Source of the DNA: Bacillota bacterium
Lineage (GTDB): Bacteria; Bacillota; JACPQU01
Reading direction: 5' to 3'
DNA: 34,925 nucleotides
NCBI GenBank assembly: GCA_016190305.1
Contig: JACPQU010000036.1
Coordinates: 1 to 34,925 of the forward strand
Shown here: positions 16,739 to 23,796 of the stretch, one piece after another
Position numbering within the stretch: position 1 is the stretch's first letter
Layout of the letters: the number at the start of each line of letters is the position of its first letter
Translations under genes and position numbers: made by a program
Notes under the pieces: generated by a model
Told to the model about the DNA's origin: nothing
The model's database searches: none
The model's input: the letters and a program-made list of their open reading frames with translations, nothing else

Positions 16739-17882
16739 CAGTAGACCTCCCCAGGCCGGCGGATCCCGCCAGGATCGAACCGTCGAAACCGACGATCACC
16801 ACTTCCACCTCGACGGCCTCTCCCGCGTGTCCCGCCAGTCGCATGGCCGCCTGCCCGGCCAGCCGCCGGAAGGCGTCGCCCGCCCCCGCGGCGGCGATCA
16901 GTTCGGACGCCAGGCGGGCGGTTCCGGACTCCTCGATCAGGCGGGTCGTCTCCAGGCCGGCCCCGGCGGCGGAGGCCACATCGGCCAGCAGGCGGAAGGG
17001 CACCCGTCCTGCGTAGGCGTGGGTCTGAAAAATGCCGGCGGCCAGCTTGGAGATCTTACCGATCATCCCCCATACCGATACCCGGTCGAAACCCTTCCGG
17101 GCCGCTGCCTTTACCGCGTAGCCTGTGAAATCCCCGGCCACGACGAAGGCTTCCTCCGGAAGATCGATTCCAAACTCCTCCTGCGCCGCCCTGTCGCTGC
17201 GGCTCCCGGTGGTCAGCACCACCTTGCGGCAGCCCGATGCCCTGGCGACATCCAGGGCCCGGCTGACCGAGGCCCGGTAGGCGCCGGTGGAGTAGGGCAC
17301 CACGATCCCGGTCGTCCCCAGGATCGAGATCCCGCCCACGACCCCGAGCCGCGGGTTCATGGTCTTCTCGGCCAACCGCAGCCCTTCCGGCACCGAGACG
17401 ACCACCCTGGCTCCGGGCAGCAGGTCCTCCAGGGCCCGGGTGATCATCCGGCGCGGAACCGCGGTCACGGCCGGTTCGCCCACCGGGATCCCTAATCCCG
17501 GCTTGGTAACGGTTCCGACTCCCTCACCGGCCTCGATGGCGATCCCGGGGCCTTGCCCGGGAAATACCTCCGCCCTAATCTCGGCACCATGGGTCACGTC
17601 CGGATCATCCCCCGCGTCCTTGATCACCGAGGCCCAAGCCGACGCAGGAAAAGCAGCCTGTGCATCCACCCCCGGGAGGCCCACAGAGCCCAAGCCGCCG
17701 TCCCGGATCGGGATCACCGCCGAGTCCCCGCCCGGCAGAGTCACCTCCACCTCCGCGGGGGCCGCCCCGTCCCGGAGACAAATGGCCGCAGCCCTCGCGG
17801 CGGCGGCGGCGCAGGTGCCGGTGCTGTAACCGTAGCGGAGCTTTCTCCCCGCCGTCTCACCGGGCCTGGCTTTACGGGGCAT
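16728..17882 (-). CDS. cbiD: Cobalt-precorrin-5B C1-methyltransferase
   Basis: LRYGYSTGTCAAAAARAA N-terminal signature and GDDPDVTHG, ILGTTGIVVPYS motifs. I chose ATG 17882, 15 aa before LRYGYSTG and overlapping the hemA stop by 11 nt. ATG 17906 or 17900 are also possible. The track start at 18086 reads the hemA tail out of frame. Confidence 0.85.
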   Translation of the reverse strand: MPRKARPGETAGRKLRYGYSTGTCAAAAARAAAICLRDGAAPAEVEVTLPGGDSAVIPIRDGGLGSVGLPGVDAQAAFPASAWASVIKDAGDDPDVTHGAEIRAEVFPGQGPGIAIEAGEGVGTVTKPGLGIPVGEPAVTAVPRRMITRALEDLLPGARVVVSVPEGLRLAEKTMNPRLGVVGGISILGTTGIVVPYSTGAYRASVSRALDVARASGCRKVVLTTGSRSDRAAQEEFGIDLPEEAFVVAGDFTGYAVKAAARKGFDRVSVWGMIGKISKLAAGIFQTHAYAGRVPFRLLADVASAAGAGLETTRLIEESGTARLASELIAAAGAGDAFRRLAGQAAMRLAGHAGEAVEVEVVIVGFDGSILAGSAGLGRSTVEL

Positions 17883-19368
17883 CCCGCTCACCGCCTTCAT
17901 CCGCATCGCGGACCATACCCGAATCCGCGGGGCCCGTGTTTGTATCCAAACCCGTGCCCGGACCGGTGACGGTGCTCGATCCCGCGCCTGAACCGGTGCC
18001 TGGGTCCTGGCCTGGGTACGTGTCTGGGTCCTGGCCTGGGTACGTGTCTGGGCTCGTATCCGTGCCCATATCCTTGTCCAGCTCAAAGAGGCGGGAGACC
18101 ATCTCCAGACCCGCCGGGTACTCCCCCCCGGCAGAGGCCAGCTCTTTAAGAGCCTCCAGGGGGCCGCGGATGAACCCCTTCATCAGGGAGCGTGTGAACT
18201 GTTCGATCTTGGCCTGTTCCCGGGGGGAGAGGGCGGCCAGGTCCCGCTCGAAACGGCCGGTGGTGCGAAGCCGGAGTTCCTCCGCCCTCTCCCGGAGAGC
18301 CTTCAGGTAGGGGGCCACCTCGCGCTCGCGCCACCATTTCACGAAGGCCTCCGTTTCGGCCTCAACCAAGGCCTCCGCTTTCTCCGCCTCCGCCAACCGC
18401 TCCCGGTTGGAGTCCTCGACCACCCGGTGGAGGTCGTCGATATCGAACAGCCGGATTTGGCATTTCCCGTTCGGATCCAGTTCAGCCTCAACATCACGCT
18501 CCACGTCACGCGGAACCGCGATATCGATGAGGCAAAGGGGGGAGCGCCGTTCGCCGGCGACGCTGCGGAGCATGTCCCCGGTCACGACGTACCCCTGGGC
18601 GTTGGTGCAGCAGATCACAATGTCCGCCTCCGACAGGGCTTCCCGGAGAGAATCCCAGGATACGGGCGTCCCGCCCAGTTCCCCGGCCAGTTCCTCGGCC
18701 CTTTTCAGGTTCCGGTTCGCCACCAAGATCCTGCCGGCGCCGCGGTCGCGCATGAGACCGGCAGCCAGCCTGCCCATGGCCCCCGCACCCACCACCAGCA
18801 CCGTCCGGTCCGCCAGGTCACGGCCCCCTCCGCCTGTCACGGACCGGGCCAAGGCGACCGCCGCTCCCGGGATCGACGCCCGGCCGTTGTTGATCCCGGT
18901 CAGGGTCCGCACCCGTTTTCCCAGGGATAGGGCCCTCTGGAAGAGCCCGTTGAGCACCGCATCGGTGGCCCCGGCGCGGCCGGCCGCCATGTAAGCAGCC
19001 CGCACCTGTCCCAGGATCTCATCCTCCCCGAGCACCAGGGAGTCCAGGCCGGAAACGACCCTCAGCAAGTGCTCCACCGCCCGGGCGTTGGATAGGAGGG
19101 TCAGGTGAGTACGAAAAGAAGAATAGTCCAAACCCGACCGCCTGGAGAGATAACTGATCAACACCCGGAACCCCGCGTGGACCCGGGTCGCCAGGGCGTA
19201 GACCTCCACCCGGTTGCACGTGGAGAGGATGACGGCGGAACGTAGCTCCGGAGCCGCCTCGAGCAGGCGCCGCAACTCCGGCTCCATCTCTCCGGCCGGG
19301 ACCGAGAACTTCTCCCGCACCTCCACCGGCACCCGGTGGTGGCTCAAGCCCACCAGAACCAGGTCCAA
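17872..19368 (-). CDS. hemA: Glutamyl-tRNA reductase with a roughly 68-aa Gly/Thr/Pro/Asp-rich C-terminal tail
   Basis: MDLVLVGLSHHRVPVEVREKF...ILSTCNRVEVYA (catalytic Cys motif) and an NADPH-binding VLVVGAGAMG. TTG start with a GGAGGGGG RBS. Confidence 0.9.
   Translation of the reverse strand: MDLVLVGLSHHRVPVEVREKFSVPAGEMEPELRRLLEAAPELRSAVILSTCNRVEVYALATRVHAGFRVLISYLSRRSGLDYSSFRTHLTLLSNARAVEHLLRVVSGLDSLVLGEDEILGQVRAAYMAAGRAGATDAVLNGLFQRALSLGKRVRTLTGINNGRASIPGAAVALARSVTGGGGRDLADRTVLVVGAGAMGRLAAGLMRDRGAGRILVANRNLKRAEELAGELGGTPVSWDSLREALSEADIVICCTNAQGYVVTGDMLRSVAGERRSPLCLIDIAVPRDVERDVEAELDPNGKCQIRLFDIDDLHRVVEDSNRERLAEAEKAEALVEAETEAFVKWWREREVAPYLKALRERAEELRLRTTGRFERDLAALSPREQAKIEQFTRSLMKGFIRGPLEALKELASAGGEYPAGLEMVSRLFELDKDMGTDTSPDTYPGQDPDTYPGQDPGTGSGAGSSTVTGPGTGLDTNTGPADSGMVRDADEGGERDAP
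18001..18048. repeat. Perfect 24-bp x 2 tandem duplication (TGGGTCCTGGCCTGGGTACGTGTC), in frame inside the hemA tail (PDTYPGQD x 2)
   Basis: Read directly: 18001-18024 is identical to 18025-18048. A partial third start (TGGGCT) follows. Confidence 0.95.
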
Positions 19369-19463
19369 CCTTCCCTACCCCCTCCTGAACAAACCTCTTT
19401 CCGGGCGGATGCCCGGTTCCGGCGGCCGGACCGCCGCACCGCGAGCGTCCGACCTGCCAGTTG

Positions 19464-19901
19464 TCAGCGGCCGGCCTTCAGCGACGCAATCTCCTCGCGC
19501 TCCTCGCTCTCCCTTTCGCTCTCCCGCTCGCTCTCTTGAACCCGCTCCACGACGATCTCCACCAGCTTGGGGTGAAACCCGATATGGTGGCCAAGGGTGA
19601 TCTCCACCCCCGGATACCTGCCTCGCAAGGTATCCACGACGCTGGGAAGATCCTCCTGGACATGGAGGCCGAAGTGGAGGAAGTAGGGGAGCATCAGCAC
19701 CGAGGTCGCACCCTGGGAGACACAGGTTGCCATCCCCTCTTCAATTGACGGGGGCGATAACTGGAGAAAAGCCACCTCCACAATGGGGTACTCCTCTCGC
19801 AAGCGGAGGTGCTCGGCCACCTTCCTGATGGCCACGTTGGCCTTGGGAGCCCTGCTGCCATGGCCGAGAAGGAGGATCGCTCTTACGGATTCAGTTTGCA
19901 T
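19464..19901 (-). CDS. cbiX: Short-form sirohydrochlorin cobaltochelatase (CbiX/SirB family) with an acidic ESERESERESEEREE tail
   Basis: ILLLGHGSRAPKAN...LMLPYFLHFGLHVQEDLP matches the CbiX(S) His-containing motifs. GGAGG RBS lies 9 nt before ATG 19901; the track start at 19994 lacks support. Cobalt versus iron specificity cannot be read from the sequence; cobalt is inferred from context. Confidence 0.8.
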   Translation of the reverse strand: MQTESVRAILLLGHGSRAPKANVAIRKVAEHLRLREEYPIVEVAFLQLSPPSIEEGMATCVSQGATSVLMLPYFLHFGLHVQEDLPSVVDTLRGRYPGVEITLGHHIGFHPKLVEIVVERVQESERESERESEEREEIASLKAGR

Positions 19902-19918
19902 TATCGCATTCCTCCAAA

Positions 19919-19962
19919 CCCAATTCCTGGGACTCCTATGCCCAATTCCTGGGACTTCTATG
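19919..19962. repeat. 22-bp x 2 tandem repeat (CCCAATTCCTGGGACTYCTATG) in the cobT-cbiX intergenic region, 18-61 nt upstream of the cbiX start
   Basis: 19919-19940 and 19941-19962 differ at one position. A weak third copy (about half the positions) follows at 19963-19984. Confidence 0.9.
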
Positions 19963-20079
19963 CCGGTTCCCGGGCTTGTCCCTGCCCCTCTCACCCCTGC
20001 GGCCTTCGGCCGGCCTGCCCGACCACGGTTCCCGGCCGCACATCCATCCCCTATACTCTACCGCATGCCCTGCCGCCGG

Positions 20080-21147
20080 CTACCCCTCGATGGCCGTGGA
20101 AACCCCCGCCTCGCCGAAGGTGGCCATCTCCCTGATGATCCTGGCGGAGGCCTCCACCAGGTTCATGGCCAGGACGGCGCCTGTCCCCTCCCCGAGTCTC
20201 ATCCGCAACCGGAGCACCGGTTCCAGTCCCAGCAGTTCCAGGCAGATGCGGTGCCCGGGCTCCTCGGAGAGGTGAGAGGCGATCATGAAAGAGGTCGCTT
20301 CCCGCTTGATCCTGGCGGCGACCAGGGCGGCCGCCCCAGCGATGAAACCGTCGATGATGATCGGCACCCGCCGGGCCGCAGCCCCGAGGATCAATCCGGC
20401 CAGTCCCCCGATTTCGAAGCCGCCGAGGGCGGCCAGGACCGCGATCCCGTCCCTGGGATCCGGGCTGTTGGCGGCCAAAGCCCGTTCGACCACCGCAACT
20501 TTGTCCCGGCGGCGTTCCCCGTCGATCCCCGTGCCGGATCCGACCAGCGTCTGCACAGGCATCCCGGCGAAAGCGGCCGTGATAGCGCTGCTGGGGGTGG
20601 TGTTCCCGATCCCCATGTCCCCGGTGGCCAAAAGCGCGGCTCCTTTCTCGACCTCTGCCGAAGCCACCGCGATCCCGGCCTCCAGGGCGGCAACGGCGTC
20701 CTCCCTGTCCATCGCCGGGCCCGCGGCGATGTTCCGCGTACCAGGCCGGATCTTGCGCGACAAGACCGCGGGGTCGGCCACTTCCCCGGCCACTCCCATG
20801 TCCACCACGACCACCCGCGCTCCGGCCTGCCGGGCGAGGACGTTGATCCCTGCGCCGCCCCGGACGAAGTTGGCGATCATCTGGACGGTGACCTCCTGCG
20901 GGTAGGCCGATACGCCCTCGGCCGTCACCCCGTGGTCCCCGGCCATGACCACCACGGCCTTGTCCACCGGCCAGCCGGCAGGGGGAACGGTCTTCCCGCT
21001 GATCCCCGCCAGCTTCGCCGCCAGATCCTCTAGGACGCCCAGGCTCCCAAGGGGCTTGGTCAGGTTGTCGAGCCGTTTGCGCGCAGCCGCTATGGCCGAC
21101 CCATCCGGTTTGCCAATCTCCGCCAGCGTTCTTTCGAGCAATCTCAT
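20080..21147 (-). CDS. cobT: Nicotinate-nucleotide--dimethylbenzimidazole phosphoribosyltransferase
   Basis: LDNLTKPLGSLGVLEDLA, MAGDHGV, GDMGIGNTT and a glutamate-containing LRMRLGEGTGA motif typical of CobT. The ATG lies 4 nt after the upstream stop, with GGGAG inside the upstream gene. Confidence 0.9.
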   Translation of the reverse strand: MRLLERTLAEIGKPDGSAIAAARKRLDNLTKPLGSLGVLEDLAAKLAGISGKTVPPAGWPVDKAVVVMAGDHGVTAEGVSAYPQEVTVQMIANFVRGGAGINVLARQAGARVVVVDMGVAGEVADPAVLSRKIRPGTRNIAAGPAMDREDAVAALEAGIAVASAEVEKGAALLATGDMGIGNTTPSSAITAAFAGMPVQTLVGSGTGIDGERRRDKVAVVERALAANSPDPRDGIAVLAALGGFEIGGLAGLILGAAARRVPIIIDGFIAGAAALVAARIKREATSFMIASHLSEEPGHRICLELLGLEPVLRLRMRLGEGTGAVLAMNLVEASARIIREMATFGEAGVSTAIEG

Positions 21148-21151
21148 CCCG

Positions 21152-22543
21152 TCAGCTCCCTTGATTGGTTGTTTTCGATTCCGAGAGGCGGCGCTCCATA
21201 CTGCGGATCGCCGCCAGGGCCTTTAGCACATGGCGGCTTTCGACAAGGGGTGATCCTTCCTCCGCGGCCAGGTCACCCGCGGCCCTCACCAGCCCCCCCA
21301 GATCCCGCAAGCGCAAGGTGAGCCCGCCTTGGCTACCCGCCATCCGCCGCGCCTCCCCGATGATCTCTTCGAGCCCGCTCCGGTGAAAGGGCGGGATCCT
21401 CCCGTCTTTACCCACTTCCTGGGCCACGAAGATCGCCAGCTTGTACCTGTTGGCCGGCGAATCGGGCATAGTCTCCCGCAGCAAGACCTCGTATCCATAG
21501 CCCCTGATCCTGGACCTGAGCGCGGGATGGAGCCCGGCCACCGTTTCCTTGTTCCCGGCGGCGACCAGGAGGAACCGGCAGGGGACGGGCGCGGTCCGGA
21601 CCATGGCCCCTGCCGAGGTCTCGCTCTGCCCGGTGATGGCGAATTCCCCATCCTGGATGGCCGTGAGGAGCTGCTGCTGGGTGTGGCGTTCCAGGGTGCC
21701 GATCTCGTCGACGTAAAGAACCCCCAGGTGCGCCTTATGGATCAGGCCGGCTACCACCCGGATGTGGGGCGGGGTCCCCAGGCCTCCTGACTGGTAAGGG
21801 TCGTGGAGGACATCCCCCAGAAGCGCCCCGGCGTGGGCTCCGGATCCATCCCAGAAGGGCGCTCCTTCCCACCCTCCGTTGTCCACGATCAGGGCGGGCT
21901 GGGAGAGATCCGTGCGGTGCCCCCCTCCCGGACGCCCCTGCGCAAGGAGGAAGGCGAGCAGTCCAAAACCGGCTACGCCGCTCACGGCAAAAGAGAGGAA
22001 CATGATGGCTCCCACGGTGGGGGAGTAGGACGCGTTCCAGCGGGCGAAGGCCCACCACGGAGCCAGCGCCGCCAGGAGAAAGGCAAAGCCCAGGAAAAAC
22101 CAGCGGGCAGCTTTCCGTCGCCTCCGGATCCCTGGATCCGGGCCCCAAGGGAAGTCCGACACCGGATCGCCGCCGCCCCTGGCCTGGAACCGCCCGGTGT
22201 GGCGGCGTCCTTCCCCCGCCGGGACGACCCGAACCAGGGGCTGGAAGGGATCGTAAGGGTTCTGTTCTGCCAGAACGTCCACCAGGGGCTCCCGGGAGAG
22301 GAGATCCGAGAGGGCCTTCCCGAGCATGCTTTTGCCGGTGCCTGGCTCGCCGATCAGGAAGAGATGGCGTCGCTGCCGGGCGGCCCGCCTGAGAATCTCG
22401 ACCGCTTCCTCCTGTCCGATCACCTGCTCGACCAAGGCCGAAGGAATCCTGATGGAATCGGTCGTTTCCGGCAGGACGTACCCCGATGCCTCTTCCCCGC
22501 TATTCAGATCCGGCCCGTTCGCCGCCTTTTCCGTGTGCCCCAC
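21152..22543 (-). CDS. LonB-type AAA+ ATPase with an inserted transmembrane hairpin but no Lon protease domain
   Basis: Walker [11 protein letters not shown], Walker B VLYVDEIG, plus [63 protein letters not shown] and [17 protein letters not shown], all as in archaeal-type LonB. Two hydrophobic helices lie at about 21941-22105. The ORF ends right after the AAA lid helices, and cobT starts 4 nt later. Confidence 0.75.
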   Translation of the reverse strand: MGHTEKAANGPDLNSGEEASGYVLPETTDSIRIPSALVEQVIGQEEAVEILRRAARQRRHLFLIGEPGTGKSMLGKALSDLLSREPLVDVLAEQNPYDPFQPLVRVVPAGEGRRHTGRFQARGGGDPVSDFPWGPDPGIRRRRKAARWFFLGFAFLLAALAPWWAFARWNASYSPTVGAIMFLSFAVSGVAGFGLLAFLLAQGRPGGGHRTDLSQPALIVDNGGWEGAPFWDGSGAHAGALLGDVLHDPYQSGGLGTPPHIRVVAGLIHKAHLGVLYVDEIGTLERHTQQQLLTAIQDGEFAITGQSETSAGAMVRTAPVPCRFLLVAAGNKETVAGLHPALRSRIRGYGYEVLLRETMPDSPANRYKLAIFVAQEVGKDGRIPPFHRSGLEEIIGEARRMAGSQGGLTLRLRDLGGLVRAAGDLAAEEGSPLVESRHVLKALAAIRSMERRLSESKTTNQGS

Positions 22544-22615
22544 CCTTCCTGCCCCTTAACGCCCGTTCCGTTCGCCTTACACCTTCCTCCAGCGGATTAA
22601 TGTTTAACGTCAGCT

Positions 22616-23386
22616 TCACGCCTGTTCTTCCTTGCCGCCCTTCCATTCCCGGAGCCCGAAGCCCGGGTTAAGGAGGTAGTAACGGTTCGAGGGGTGGAAG
22701 ATGCCATCCGGCCCCGCCGAAGCCAGGGTCTCCCGCGTGAGAAGAGTCCTTCGATCCCACCAACCCTTTACCAAGGCTGAGGCCGCCGGCAACTCCTCCG
22801 GCCGGCCGGCCAGGCGCCCAATGGAGGAAAGGATCACGTAGAGCGAGAGGCCGACCGCCAGGGAGCGGATGGTCGAAGTTGTTGCAGCCCGCCCTGGCAA
22901 GATCTGATCCAGCTCTTTCCCTTGGGACTCCACCCGTTCCCCCACCAACAGCGCCTCGCGGCGAACCCCGTCAAGGTGCCGGTACCAGGATTCTAATACG
23001 CGGCGCTCCCGGTCCCGGAACGCGAGGGGGATCTCCCTGCCCCCGACCTTGGCCCTGAGTTCCGAAGCGGCCAGGTCCCGCAGTTGGCGGGTACAGCCCC
23101 CCAGCCCTCTCACCAGGGACAGGGCCCCCTTGACCGAGCCCCGATGGGGATCGCCGGGGGTGAACCAGATCGCCAGGCGGCGGAAGTAGAGGCTGGTCAT
23201 ATTAGCTCCCAGGCTTCGCTCCAGGCGGGAAAGGAAGCGAATTGCATCCTTTGTTGCTTGATCATCGCCGGCCGCCACAGTCCTTCCGAAGGGCGCGCTC
23301 CTTCGGAGCACAAGCCGCTCCCAGGTAACCCTGAAAGCCCGGGTACCCTTGTCCAAACCAGCCAGCCAGCGCTCCAGTTCCTCCAT
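22616..23386 (-). CDS. Hypothetical protein (256 aa), no family recognised
   Basis: The ORF is open from 23557, but that upstream part overlaps cbtB. ATG 23386 lies 19 nt after the cbtB stop. The region looks coding, with G/C-rich third positions. It has one weakly hydrophobic segment (IRSLAVGLSLYVILSSIG) and no motif I can name. Confidence 0.5.
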   Translation of the reverse strand: MEELERWLAGLDKGTRAFRVTWERLVLRRSAPFGRTVAAGDDQATKDAIRFLSRLERSLGANMTSLYFRRLAIWFTPGDPHRGSVKGALSLVRGLGGCTRQLRDLAASELRAKVGGREIPLAFRDRERRVLESWYRHLDGVRREALLVGERVESQGKELDQILPGRAATTSTIRSLAVGLSLYVILSSIGRLAGRPEELPAASALVKGWWDRRTLLTRETLASAGPDGIFHPSNRYYLLNPGFGLREWKGGKEEQA

Positions 23387-23405
23387 CCCGGCCCTGTCCC
23401 GCGAC

Positions 23406-23612
23406 TCAGTGGCAGCCGATGAATCCGGTGGCGTGCCTGAGTTCGTGGAAAAAGTCATGCGTGGCCGGGTACGCGGAAAAGAAGACGGCGTACAGGGCGG
23501 CGGCGAGGAAGACGGTGATGGCCACAACCTGGAACCTGGCCGAGAAAACGAAACCAAAGATGTTGACCTCCCTGAGCCTGGTCCTGGTGGCCTCCCTGAC
23601 AGCGTGAAACAC
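23406..23612 (-). CDS. cbtB: CbtB-like small membrane protein (putative cobalt transporter subunit)
   Basis: 68 aa with a basic N-terminus and one TM helix (IFGFVFSARFQVVAITVFLAAALYAVFF). The C-terminal THDFFHELRHATGFIGCH matches the H-D-x-x-H-(D/E)-x-R-H-x-x-G-F-x-C-H end of the CbtB family as I recall it. GGGGGGAG RBS lies 7 nt before the GTG. Confidence 0.75.
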   Translation of the reverse strand: MFHAVREATRTRLREVNIFGFVFSARFQVVAITVFLAAALYAVFFSAYPATHDFFHELRHATGFIGCH

Positions 23613-23796
23613 TGAACTGCTCCCCCCTATTTCGGTAGACTCTATTTCACCAGGCTATAATTTGGGCCGATCCGGTCAGCCGGCCCACCCATAAAAGCAA
23701 TATGTCGGTCAGGCATCGGATTACACATACCGGTTACGCCCACGCATACCGGGCACTATTTCTCCTACCAGGCCCGCTTCACGCATATGGGGACTG

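Noticed and set aside
17883-18086. N-terminal extension of the cbiD ORF (MSWTRIWARIRAQTRTQARTQTRTQARTQ...)
   Set aside because: It is the hemA C-terminal tail and its 24-bp duplication read in another frame. CbiD homology begins only at LRYGYSTG, and ATG 17882 gives a normal N-terminus.
17990-19985. CRISPR-like arrays at the tandem repeats (18001-18048, 19919-19962; also 27142-27195 and 28250-28271)
   Set aside because: Only two to three directly abutting copies occur, with no spacers. Two of the repeats lie in frame inside coding sequence, and no cas genes are present.
19783-21033. 416-aa plus-strand ORF opposite cobT
   Set aside because: The same antisense artefact. The minus strand encodes a full-length CobT with all signature motifs.
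23084-23422. 112-aa plus-strand ORF opposite the orphan gene
   Set aside because: It is shorter than, and antisense to, the better-positioned minus-strand ORF. It has no RBS and runs against the operon direction.
23387-23557. Longer version of the orphan ORF starting at 23557 or 23458
   Set aside because: It would overlap almost the whole cbtB gene in another frame. The extension is Pro/Ser-rich. ATG 23386 lies just downstream of the cbtB stop.
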